A stretch of DNA of 64,000 bases from Octopus vulgaris. Taxonomy: Eukaryota. Position 1 is the first letter of the stretch; each line of letters starts with the position of its first letter. A program made the translations under genes and the position numbers. The notes below the pieces were generated by a model that saw only the letters and a program-made list of their open reading frames with translations, did no database searches and was not told the origin of the DNA. Shown piece after piece: positions 12,961-25,580 of the stretch. The stretch lies in NCBI GenBank assembly GCA_951406725.2, contig OX597814.1:148118001-148182000 (forward strand), written 5' to 3'.

Positions 12961-13399
12961 ACACGGTATAATAGGGGAACATTCCCATCAAAACATCTGC
13001 CGACTGTAAGCATAAGAGACTAGGATTTGCTTTTCCTATAATTCCAAACAGAACAAATTTTCCTCTGTGCAACAAGTAGCTAATTATACTATTCTGCAAT
13101 GCGTTTTACAAGGCAGACTTGATCCATCAAGAAGGACCTGGTATAAATTGCCACATGAAAATATATTAGAATATTTCATATTGAAGCTCCTGAATCGTGT
13201 AATCACTCCAACTAGTTTGAGTACTTATTCCAAGTGAAATAATATAAAACAATTCCAGATACGAAAATACCAATACAAACCATTCTAAGACTAATAGCAT
13301 TTAAAATATCTGTGAATAATGTTTCTTTTTGTTCATTTCCAAATAAAGTCCTTTTGTAATGTAATCATCAATCATCTTTCATTCAAACCTCTAATAGAT

Positions 13400-14960
13400 T
13401 TGCATTGTTTGCTGGTGGGATTATTTATAAAGCACATTTAGAAAAACAAATATTTGATATTTCGATGATCTTGAGGCGTAGACAACTTTGAATTGTTTGT
13501 AAACATAGAGGGCTCGTTGCACTTTCGAAGATAAAGTTCGGATAGAAAAGCATTCATATTTTTCAATACTAACAATACATAATCGTGAATAAGTTTTAAA
13601 GAAATCGCAAATGATTAGGATAAGTTTTCTTTAAAATAAAGCACAGGGTAATGGAGAATACCTCACAAAGGCATGTCTTCTTGACTGAAGGGAAACTGCA
13701 AAATGACATGTTTATATTTTCCAACGAGTAGATTTATATGCTTTCCTCAAAATGATTTCAGTAAAAATATGATCTCTTTTTCCCCCAGATGATGACGCAC
13801 CACCCCAAAAATTGTGGGGTTTTAACGTGAAGGTTGCATTTTTCTGTGATTTGACATATTCCATCAGCAGCACAAATGTTTCTGGCATTTAGGTATTGTG
13901 ATATTTCGTTGTCAGCAATTCTTGGTTCATATGTCATGTCGTCGTTTTAAACATTCATTAAATTGTAGCACCTACGCATATGTTAGAAGACGTATTCGAA
14001 TGATTTCACTGAAGATCACGTTAACAGCACAGTTAAACTTGAAGATGAGATATTTCTTATAAGGCACAATGCACCTGCTGTCAACAGTATGGTTGCCAAT
14101 TTGCAGAATGGTATTTCAATGTCGTCTTTACATTGGCTAACAGTCAACATTTGCATCTCTATGCTGTTGGAATTCCTTAGGTAAGCCTTCACTACATTTA
14201 TTATTCTCCATGCATGGTGCATTAAGATGCAGATTGACACAAGAACCGTGAATAATGCATTTCCTAAAGGGTTCAAGTGTTGGCTCATGTGTATAGATTA
14301 GATATTTCTATGTACACTACTTCATCTATATTACCTGGGTCATTAAATTTAGCTTCTTCGTCGAAGATGATCAATATACCAGCATGTGGTAATCCTCCTT
14401 TCTAGAGTTAGATGAATCAGCAATATAATTCATTATCTCAAAAAGTATATTCCAACAAGTTTGAACATTTCTTGCTACGATATTTGATTTGTTTCGAAAC
14501 AGTTCTCTCCGAAAGACTACCTCAATTTTCATCCCGGTAATGAATGCATATCATAGGTTAAATAAATTTAAGTTTCGAAATTTTCACACCATAGCACGTA
14601 CAGTATAATTGTCATTCCATTCACATTTGTAAAGCTTTAAAAACCTAGTTTAATGTCCCGATGGTTTTGAATGAAATATCGACAATTGTTATTATTTACT
14701 CCTTCCGGCTGCTTCTTGAAATCCTTCATTTTCAGATTCTAATTCTCTATATGTGTAAAGAATTCATAAAAGATTTATTTCATTTATTGCTTGAATGCAA
14801 AACAATCATAATTTGAGAGTCGCATCTATCACTCTGATTCTGTATACTAGTCACAGTTTCAAGCCTACTACATAAAATACTGCAGTGTAGAGATTCCCTC
14901 CAACAAATGCATATTACTGGTACTACAATACATTTGGATATAAACGCAAAAAGAATGTGA
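13400..14960 (-). pseudogene. Old Helitron Rep-domain remnant
   Basis: Minus-strand peptides in the expected order: KGGLPHAGILII (HUH motif 2), IIHGSCVNLHLNAPCMENNKCSEGLPKEF, NEISQYLNARNI, ECFSIRTL. Many stops and frameshifts; not recognisable from the ORF track. Confidence 0.65.
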
Positions 14961-16017
14961 GCCATGAATAAAATATTCTTTATAAGAATAATTTAAACTG
15001 CTCATGAAATATCGTAGTTATGGTGGTATTTCTTTAAGATAGATTTATATATTGCAAGCGATAATTACTGGTTACACGATTGAAAGTGTTTTTTGATAAA
15101 ATATACTGCAGAAGATAGGCGTGTACTATGAGTAAACCTAAAATGTCATACAATAAATATTTTTGCTGGAGTAATATTGTTGATCATTATAATTTGAAAC
15201 ATTTGATTTTTTCGGTTTTGAATATATTTGATGTTTTCCCTTGCGTTGATGCAAGTTTTTTCACTGTATACAGGGGGGCTAGAAAGAAATTGGACACCAT
15301 TATACGTAATGATATCAATGGTACCTGCCCTAGATATAGAAAGAAAGAATGGTATAGGATACAAAGAACTTGAGTCAAAGCAAACAGGGCGAACACGTGA
15401 TATAAAACCGACAAATATCAAGGTGTGATGTTTGTAGAGGCCACAGCCCATGGAGACCTAGCTCGTTCAACACACACACATACACATATATATATAAGTT
15501 TGAGTGTGTGTGTGTGAGTGTTAGTGTATATACCTGAGCCGACTCCAAGTCATCAGCAACAATGGTGCTCATCAAAACAAACATCGGCGATCTAACTGTC
15601 GTCTGTACACTTGACAAGAGATGCCAGTTAGTCTTTTACGCTTACCAGGTTCGTTCGTATTAGCCCGAGCTGCTGGATAATTTTACATTCCTTTAAGAAT
15701 ATTGCAAAACGGAAAATTTTCATAGATTGAAATTTAAATCCTAATCGCTATAGAAATTTATTGTTTCAAGAAAACACTCAGTTTGAATTACTTTTATTAA
15801 TATTTACGATTATAGATAACACCACGGACTGTAACTTCTGAGCTCGAGTCAAGCGTATGTGAACTATGTCGGGAAAACATCTGCTACGAATGATATTTTT
15901 TGACAAAGGGTAACCCTAAGACGGCCGCCAGATGCTGAACGAAAATAACTGACCTGCGACAAGGCTCAATATAAAGGGCCCGAGTTATTGGCTGAAATTA
16001 CATACTTAAAGTCAGTG

Positions 16018-16050
<33 letters not shown>

Positions 16051-16099
16051 CGTGTGTTTGTCTGTTTATATATATATATATATATATATATGTGTATAT

Positions 16100-16149
<50 letters not shown>

Positions 16150-16175
16150 AGGGTAGATTGATAGATAGATAGATT

Positions 16176-16240
<65 letters not shown>

Positions 16241-16698
16241 GTGATAATATTAATGATGATTTTATCTATGTACGTCCAGCTGTTTTATTATGTATGTGTG
16301 TAAATATTATGTTTTTTCCAGTTATACTCATTAACTTATTGTTTCGAAATGTATTTGTTCACCATTAGGTATTATTTATTTTAGGTCAAATATGACACGA
16401 TACGATGGACGCCAGACAGGCTTAAACAAGTCACATGTGCAAGAATTTTAAAGAGAATTTGATTTACTGCTCAGCTACATAAATCTCCAGCAATTATCTT
16501 GAGTTCATTCAATAATCAACAACGAATAACTCACGTATTTAACAGTAAAGTTCATTTTGCAACCGACCCGAATAAAGATTAAATACGTATTATGAAAACA
16601 TACACATAGATACATAAACATTTATACATATGCACAAATATATACATATATACATATATACACACATACATACATACATATAAATATGTATATATGTA

Positions 16699-16776
<78 letters not shown>

Positions 16777-17423
16777 AATATATATATTTGTATGTATATA
16801 TATATCTATATATTTATGAATGTATATATATGTACGTGTATATATATATGAGGGAGAGAGCAAGAGAGATATGTGTAAATAGATATACACATACTTACGC
16901 AGTCAGTCAAGCCCTCACACGCACTTGCACACATACGAATGAATGTAAACCCATTAACGTGTCACAATCATCTTGATTTTGTTGTTGTTCGGGGAAAGGC
17001 GTTATGTTTTACAATCATATACATACATACATACATACATACATACATACATACATACATACATACATACATACATACATACATACATACGCTTACACAG
17101 AGAAATTGCCAGACAATTTTCGTTCAATTCTCTCAATAGTTTTAATACAATATTAATTTACACTGAATATTTCTTTTCAATTCCATTAGTGCACGGATGC
17201 AGCGCTGGGTCGTTTAGTGTTATATGTTTTAGAATTGATTAAAAAAAGAAAAAGAAATTTGATACTACATTTTAATGATAGATTTTTGTCCTCTAAAAAC
17301 GAAAGCGAAAATAACAATTCGTCTATGTGTTTCATAAATTGTCTCTATATATCATTTTCGCATTTTTTGATGCGAGCAAAGTATGCCAACAGATATATGT
17401 AAGCAAGTGTGTGTGTCGGAGGG

Positions 17424-17532
<109 letters not shown>

Positions 17533-17551
17533 CATTTATATATGTGTGTGC

Positions 17552-17588
<37 letters not shown>

Positions 17589-17626
17589 CATATGTACATA
17601 TATACATGTATCTCTCCTTGTATATA

Positions 17627-17660
<34 letters not shown>

Positions 17661-17666
17661 AATACT

Positions 17667-18061
17667 AAGTAATTAATGGTTTAGCAACGATTTGCCTCAC
17701 CGCATCCCGAATTTAGAAATAGCAGTCAAAGAGTTATGGCTATTCTTCTACTTAAAGGAGATCCCAGTAAAACCACAGCACTTAAAAGGCAAACAACGCA
17801 GGCAAAAGAGAAAGAAATGTCGACAATCATTCTATATTAAGTCACCTACGGACGTAATTTTCGAAACGTACGTCTGTAGGTGACTTAATATAGAATGATT
17901 GTCGTCATTTCTTTCTCTTTTGCCTGCGTTGTTTGCCTTTTAAGTGCTGTGGTTTTACTGGGATCTCCCTTTTAAGTAGAAAGAATAGCCATAACTCTTT
18001 GACTGCTATTTCTAAATTCGGGATGTGGTGAGGCAAATCGTTGCTAAACCCTTAATTACTT
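17667..18061. repeat. Near-perfect inverted repeat, ~190-bp arms, 12-nt spacer
   Basis: 17667-17856 is the reverse complement of 17869-18061 with about 6 small differences; spacer ATTTTCGAAACG. Confidence 0.95.
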
Positions 18062-18135
18062 TTACATGCCGAAATCTACTTGGTGAAATTAATGATTATT
18101 CCAAATTAATTAATTTCACCCTATATTATTATTGA

Positions 18136-18203
<68 letters not shown>

Positions 18204-18223
18204 TACATATATACATACATATG

Positions 18224-18258
<35 letters not shown>

Positions 18259-18651
18259 ACATATGTATGCTTGTATGTATTTACCTGAATTCACGTTACT
18301 TCGCATGAATGGAGAATAGATGAACAAAGACAAACTCCTGCAAAAATCATAGATTTGCTTGCATATGAACACATGTAGGCATCTTATATATACATACATA
18401 CATACATTATGTGTGTGTATATATACTAGTCGTATATAGACACACACACATATATATATATATATATATTTATATACATATGTATATATATATAATGCAA
18501 TATGCAAACATATCTGGTTAAGTAAGTGAAAGTAAAAAGGAATGATAAAAATTTTGTTTTGATGATACACATTTATCGATCATTTAATATGTCTGACATC
18601 GAATGATAATATATAATATATCTGTACACCCTACCATCCGGTATATGCATA

Positions 18652-18701
<50 letters not shown>

Positions 18702-18936
18702 AATGTATATATGTATGTATGTGTGTATGTATGTATGTATGTATGTATGTATATATATATATATCTATAAGTGCTGGTACGTGTGTGCGTATGCATATGT
18801 TTATGTATCACTAATATTCTGACGATACTCTTGTTTTGATCTCTATCATTCCCGTTTGCGTCACCAAACTGATAATATATAAATGTATATATCTATGTAT
18901 CTACGTGACTATCTATCTACGTATCTATAAATATAC

Positions 18937-19017
<81 letters not shown>

Positions 19018-19036
19018 TAGATAGATAGATAGATAG

Positions 19037-19071
<35 letters not shown>

Positions 19072-19115
19072 TAAACACACACACACACACATACATATAT
19101 ATATAAATAATTAAC

Positions 19116-19143
19116 GAAACCTTAAAGGAAGTAATTTCCTTAT

Positions 19144-19225
<82 letters not shown>

Positions 19226-19247
19226 AAATTAGTTCTGTTAAGGTTTC
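19116..19247. repeat. 28-bp inverted repeat enclosing a (TA)n tract
   Basis: GAAACCTTAAAGGAAGTAATTTCCTTAT ... ATAAGGAAATTAGTTCTGTTAAGGTTTC. Confidence 0.8.
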
Positions 19248-20997
19248 AGTTGAAAGATTTACTCTAAATAAATTCTTAACATTCTATACTGAATTTTGAA
19301 CTATTTTCACTTTTTATTCATTTTACTTACGTTGTTGATAATTATCCAATTTATTTCTTTTCAATTTTAATTTTTTCTGTTGCTGAATTGAAAACCGTTT
19401 TATCTCAGCATTGCAAAACTATTAATATATCTGCTTTATACCAATACGAGAAATTGAATGTACTTTTTCAACAACAATTTTCGTGTGCAACAGCCAGCTG
19501 AGAATCACATTGAAGTTTGTTTTCTGTATGTTAACATATTTCCCATTGATAAGGAAATTGAAAAGAATTATGATATGGATATGAAGCGTTAGGGAAGAAA
19601 ATTGTGAATAGATGTAACGTTCTGGGCTCAGGTGTCGTTATTTCATCTGTAGAAAATGCAGTGTGTGGCGATAGCACACCTTTGTATGAGAGAATTTAAC
19701 ATGTGTTAATGATCTTATAAGAATCTTGTCTGTGGTCTTCCTTTGACATGTTAGTGTGCAGTCGCATCATCTTTCTAGATCTGAGACGAAATTTCCATTG
19801 TAAATCATACTTGCTCTCTTCAGTGTGTCGATAACTGTTTAAGACAAAATTGTTTTCTGGTTCTAATGAGAGAGTCTACTATTTGAGATGCGATTGTAGC
19901 TTGTTAAGGAATTGCTTTCATCAACAGTTGAGGTATCTCTGTTGCCAAGATGGATTTTCAATATATTGAAGATTTCCTAAATTTGCAATCGCTGACGGCA
20001 TAGACAAGCTTGTTATATCTCTTTTGAGCGATGCCACCATTGCTTCTGTTCTTGTAATCGATACGCTTTTGTCATGTGTTGTCTTGGGAGTAGATTGTAG
20101 GAGAATGCAATGCAAGGAGTCTGCTAGAGTAAATATAGACTCCTATGTAGGTAATGGGGAATAAAGTTTATTAAAAGCTGCTAGAATTACAGCAGGACAT
20201 AAAGAAATGAAAACACCAAACGATCTATGTGAGAGATCGTTAAACGTTGCGATGTTAAGTAATCATTGATGAGTGTCATAGAATGTCGTTTTTAACAGCT
20301 GAATCCAGCACCTCAGGGATACTGGGAGTACGATGGGTCTACAGTTAGCAAGGAGAGAGGGAGGTTGGTTTTCTAAGGAATAAACTTCCTAAGATCCAAG
20401 GAGATCTAAAGAAGATGAAGATGATGAAGACGAAGAAGAAGAAGAAGAAGAAGAAGAAGAAGAAGAAGAAGAAGAAGAAGAAGAAGAAGAAGAAGAAGAA
20501 GAAGAAGAAGAAGAAGAAGAAGAAGAAGAAGAAGAAGAAGAAGAAGAAGAAGACACAGAGATAAAGAGATTGAGTCACAAAATGAAATATTTACTAAGTA
20601 ACGGTAGTACACCTGGATTGCAATGTTGGATGGTAATGGACTGAATATTGTCAAAACTGGTACATTCAAGGTTTGAAAAAATGGATGAATATTACACTGT
20701 GTGGGCATGTAATTTTGTAGAGTAAAATGGATTTTACGGAAATTTGCGTCTGCACGGTTTGGAATTAGCCATAAAACAATGTAGAAAGCAACATATGTTT
20801 TCTCTTCAGAGGTAGCCATCTCTTCTGACGGAGCCATTGTTGGGAAGAGACATGCAGATGATCTTACAACCTTTGTGAATATTCTTGTGATTGGGGATCT
20901 AATGATCGATTTAATTTCGAATGTGGCATAGTTTCAGTACTGCACAATGCATGGTCGTCTTCTGTAGGGAGGATAGTGGTCTACCAAGCGAGTAGAT

Positions 20998-20998
20998 T

Positions 20999-21034
<36 letters not shown>

Positions 21035-21109
21035 CGATAATAATAATAACGATATAACGATAATAATAATAATAATAAAAATAAAAATAATGATAATAAT
21101 AATAAAAAT

Positions 21110-21152
<43 letters not shown>

Positions 21153-21212
21153 GTAGTAATAATAATAATAATAATAATAGTAATGATAATAGTAATAGTA
21201 ATAATAATAATA

Positions 21213-21292
<80 letters not shown>

Positions 21293-21353
21293 GGTGGTGG
21301 TGGTGGTGGTGGTGGTGGTGGTGGTGGTGGTGATGATGATGATGATGATGATG

Positions 21354-21419
<66 letters not shown>

Positions 21420-21420
21420 G
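20998..21420. repeat. Compound trinucleotide microsatellite (AAT)n(GAT)n(GGT)n(GAT)n(AAT)n
   Basis: Directly visible; it produces the poly-N/I/M/V ORF. Confidence 0.95.
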
Positions 21421-22856
21421 GGTACTAACTACAGAAATGAAAACTAAAATTGAGAAGCTAATGAAGTCAAAGTTAAGTGGTCCGAATTTAGTGAAGGCTG
21501 GTCAATATGTTAGACATTCAGCAGCTTTTGTAGATTGGATAAAAGTTGAATTAGCAAAGCTAGACAGAAGTACTAGGAAGGAATGCAATATGAATAGAGG
21601 ACTCACCCAAGGGCAGGGTTAGCAAGATATACCATCCTAGAAAGGAAGGCGGAAGAGGTTTAATATCAGTAGAAGACTGCGATGAGTTTGCTAGAGTTAG
21701 CACGCCGGGCGAAATGCTTAGCGGTATTTCGTCTGCGTTACGTTGAGTTCAAATTCCGCCGAGGTCGACTTTGCCTTTCATCCTTTCCGGGTCGATAAAT
21801 TAAGTACCAGTTACGAACTGGGGTCGATATAATCGACTTAATACCTATGTCTGTCCTTGTTTGTTTCCTCTGTGTTTGGCCCCTTGTGGGTAGTAAAGAA
21901 ATAGATATAGAATCCTATATAGGTAATAGTAAAGAAAATTTATTAAAAACTGCTTGAGTCATAGCAGGACATATGGAAATGGAAACGCCAAACGAACTTA
22001 AAACCAGAAAAGAAAAACAGAAATTATCTGACTGGCAGAAGGTGTTGCATGGTAGATTCCCAAAGATACTTGCAACAAATAGTAGTTGAGAGAAACGGTT
22101 ATGGCTGCAGAAAAGGAAGGTGAAGGGGGAGACAGAAAGTTTGTTTGTAGCTGAATAAAATCAAGCATTAAGGACTAATTGGATAAAAGCCAAGATCGAC
22201 AAAAACCAAGTAGGTACCCTATGTAGATTATGCAAATCAAGATGAAAGCGTAACTCATATAGTAAGTGACTGTAGTATGCTGGTACAGAAATAATATAAG
22301 AAAATATATGACAATCTAGAGATTAATCCACTGGGAGTTATATAGAAAGGAACGATTTGAACATACTGATAAATGGTATGAACATAAACCTAGGAAGGTA
22401 CTAGAAAGTAAGAAATATAAGATGTTGCGGGACTTCAACATTCAGACTGGTAGAGTATTAGAATCTATTACTCTGATTTAAGGTAGTAGATAAAGAGAAT
22501 AGAAAGTGCCAGTTAATTGACTTTACAATCCCGAATGATGAAAACATGAATATGAGAAGTATAGAAAAAATAGCAAAGTATATTCATCTAGTTACTGATT
22601 TAAATAGATAATGGAAAGTACAGGTAGAATGTACTAGAGTAATTATAGGTGCATTGGCAACTATCCCTAAAAATCACAACAGATGGATGGGGGAAAAAAG
22701 CATAAAAAACAGTTTAGTACAGCTGCAAAAAACAGTGTTATCAAGGACAGCTAGGATACTTAGGAGGGTTCTTGGTATCTAAGGTCACTTATTGTAATCC
22801 GATGTTAGGATCTTTTTTCTTTTCCAACAGTCTAATCTCATGAGTGTATATGAAAA
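21421..22856 (+). mobile_element. 5'-truncated R4/Dong-clade LINE (late RT, CCHC, RLE) between (TAA)n tracts
   Basis: KLMKSKLSGPNLVKA, PRKEGGRGLISVED, VLHG, ETESLFVA, CRLC..ESVTHIVSDC, DFNIQT, IDFTIPND, IIGALATI, ARILRRVLGI*; ends in TAATAATAA. Confidence 0.85.
21697..21905 (+). mobile_element. 5'-truncated tRNA-derived SINE inserted in the LINE
   Basis: GTTAGCACGCCGGGCGAAATGCTTAGCGG...GTTCAAATTCCGCCGAGGTCGACTTTGCC; same family as 50876-51088. Confidence 0.85.
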
Positions 22857-22867
22857 TAATAATAATA

Positions 22868-23275
22868 CTTTCTACTAAAAGCACAGGCCTGAATTTTTGG
22901 GGGACGGAAGTTCGATTACATCGAAGCCAGTGCGTAACTGGTACTTATTTCATCAACCTCGAAAGTATGAAAAGCAAAGTCAACCTCGGTAGAATTTGAA
23001 CTCAGAAGGTGCAGACACACGAAATACTGCCAGGTATTTTGCCCGGCGTACTAACGATTCTGTCAGCTTGTTAGCTGGCAGAAACGTTAGCACACCGGGT
23101 GAAATGCTTAGCCGTATTTCGTCTGTCTTTACGTTCTGAGTTCAAATTCCTCAGAGTTCGACTTTGCCTTTCATAATTTCGGGGTCGATAAATTATATAT
23201 TAGTTGCATACTGGGTCGATTGAATCGACTGGTCACCTTCCCCTAAATTTCAGGCCTTGTGTCTATAATAGAGTC
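22868..23275. mobile_element. Head-to-head pair of same-family SINEs
   Basis: Minus copy ~22868-23070 and plus copy ~23073-23275, both matching 50876-51088. Confidence 0.8.
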
Positions 23276-23444
23276 TATTATTTACTTTTAATCTTCATGT
23301 CTGTTACAATCACGTGCAATACTCATCAAGCGTCCTAGGACGACTGAATGATAAGAGATATTATAGCATGACTGAAAGTTTGGACAGAAGAGGTGGCAGG
23401 GGCAGTAGTGAAATACATTTATGTAATAAAGCACAGACATTTAG

Positions 23445-23730
23445 ATTGATAGAGTTTTTCTAAGCGTGTGGGCAATACTTGTCAGCACTATCTTTTGTAT
23501 TTCTCTGAGACAAGGTTCGCCTGGGATTTTACTCCATCCCTTTTATTATCGTACCTAGAACACCTACAATAACAAGAGCATCTCTTGCTTAATGATGCCA
23601 CATTTTTTGTTAATTTCCAGGTCCTTATATTTACTAACTTGTTCAAATTCCTTTACAGATACATCTAGTGATTGTGTTTTACAATAAAAGCACTAGTAAT
23701 TGCGCAACCAGGTAATCGCTACCTCATATG
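23445..23730 (-). mobile_element. R4/Dong LINE RLE C-terminal fragment
   Basis: Minus strand: IVGVLGTI...IQKIVLTSIAHTLRKTLSI*, homologous to ORF 38029-38268. Confidence 0.7.
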
Positions 23731-23823
23731 AGTGACAATGAAAAAATAGAATATTGTGAATAACGGAGGTCTGATTTCAGAGATACTGGTCCGATTCCAG
23801 CCTGTCGTTATCCATCAAGCGAC

Positions 23824-24128
23824 CCCAGCTGCATGGGATGGAGTGCAATCAGGTTTTGGTTATATTCTCATCTATTGGTGGTTTTAACCGAAGGATATAT
23901 TTGTGAAGTGTTGTAGTACTCTTGAATACTGTCCTGATGTCATATGGGCCTCCTATCTTTTGTATCTTTTCGGAGAGGCCTTTCGTATAGGGTAGACAGA
24001 CTGTAGACAATTTATTGGTTTCATCCTCTCGTTTCAATTAACAACAAACAAGTTGAGGACAAATATCCATCAAATGCAAATAATGTAAATAATGTACATA
24101 ATTCCTCATCTTTTAAATATAGAACTGA
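23824..24128 (-). mobile_element. Penelope-like element fragment with an inverted terminal-repeat piece
   Basis: Minus strand VCLPYTKGLSEKIQKI..IRTVFKSTTTL...SIPCSWG matches the PLE RT-to-GIY-YIG linker and the start of GIY-YIG. Adjacent 24038-24128 matches 52454-52539. Confidence 0.75.
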
Positions 24129-25580
24129 AACAAAAGAATACTGTGGTCATGGAGTGTTACTACGTAAGCAACCACGTAGACGAAAATGGTATTCATCTTC
24201 GGGGATACCGACAACGTATGCATGATGAATTGAGAGAAAGAGGATTGTTTCAACTCATCGAACAGAGACTATGTGATCAAGCGAGGAGGAATAAGGAAAA
24301 ATTGTTGGTTCACAGAAGTAGTGCTCGAATATATCAAAAGAAGAGTATTAGAAAACAGCAGCAGAGGAATCAACGAAAATACAGTTCATACTGATAAAAG
24401 TGAAATCTCCAACAAACAAAAGTGAAATCTCTAATAAACGACAGGAAAGGAACAGTGATAGACTGCTCGATGAGAAACATGTACTTGGTTTGAACGAAGA
24501 TAATAAACCTAATGGTGACATGGATGATGGTCAATATGCAATCTACCACAGAATAAAGGCAATGCTACAGGAGAACGATAGCGACAAAATCTTTGCATCC
24601 TTAAATTAGTTGATCGATGGAAATTGAACCAAGAAACGAAAAATGTGAATGAAATTCTGAAATATATCGCCACAAAATACATCACAGAAACAAATAATTT
24701 GATCAAGGTAACAAGTATTGTAGTAGCAGAAAATGTAGGCGTTGATGTCAAGAAAACAAAATATTGAGTGACAAGCGATCTATGGTGGAAAAGAAGAATC
24801 CAGGCGTGTTTAGATAAGCTCTCGAAGGACATTTGTGTGTGAGACCGAAAAGAGAAGTGGTGCTTAAAAGCGAACAGAATACAGAGTACTGAACAGGAAA
24901 CATAATATTGAAAGAAAAGACCTGAAAGTGGTAATAGAGGAACTGAAACAGAGACTCCTTCCAAAGAAAGCAAAGCTGATAAGATACAACAAAAGAATAA
25001 TGGGTTACCAGCAGAAGAGATTATTCAGAGTAGATCAGAAGAGATAGTACATGAAGAGAGCAAATGGAGGAAGGGAACTGGTAAGTGTGGAAGACTGCGT
25101 GCCTATCAAACTCGAAAGCCTCATGAGATACCTAACCCAAAGTGAGGAAACGTTGCTCGTGTCAGTTAGGAAGGGGGGGTTATTGAAAGCAGAGAAAAAA
25201 GGGAAAACAAAGGAAGAAGTAAAAAAGAACAAGGAGAATAATTACGCATAAAGGGACTACACAATAAATTCAATGTAGCCCACAACAGAAGTTTCTGGAA
25301 AAAAATAGGTGGGATTGGCTGATGAAAGGAACACAAGCAAAAAGAGACGAAGGGTACTATAATGGCAGCGCAAGACCAATCTTTGTCCATGAACTGGAGG
25401 GTGAACCTTAAGATTGAGCAAGTGTCTCCGCTGTGTCTCATCTGCAAAGGAGTGAATGAAACTTTTGCCCATATCACGAACGAATGCCTTAGACTTGTCG
25501 AAAACGACTACAAGTTGTAGCGACACGACCAGGTAGCGAAAGTGCTACATTAAAAACTGTGCGAAATATTTGGAATGGAA
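24129..25580 (+). mobile_element. Internally deleted R4/Dong LINE (N-terminus joined to C-terminus, RT absent)
   Basis: N-terminal VMECYY..GYRQRMH..EQRLCDQAR; near 25045 it jumps from YQQKRLFRVDQKR to YMKRANGGRELVSVEDCV; then IMAAQDQ, CLICKGVNETFAHITNEC, RHDQVAKVLH. Confidence 0.75.
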
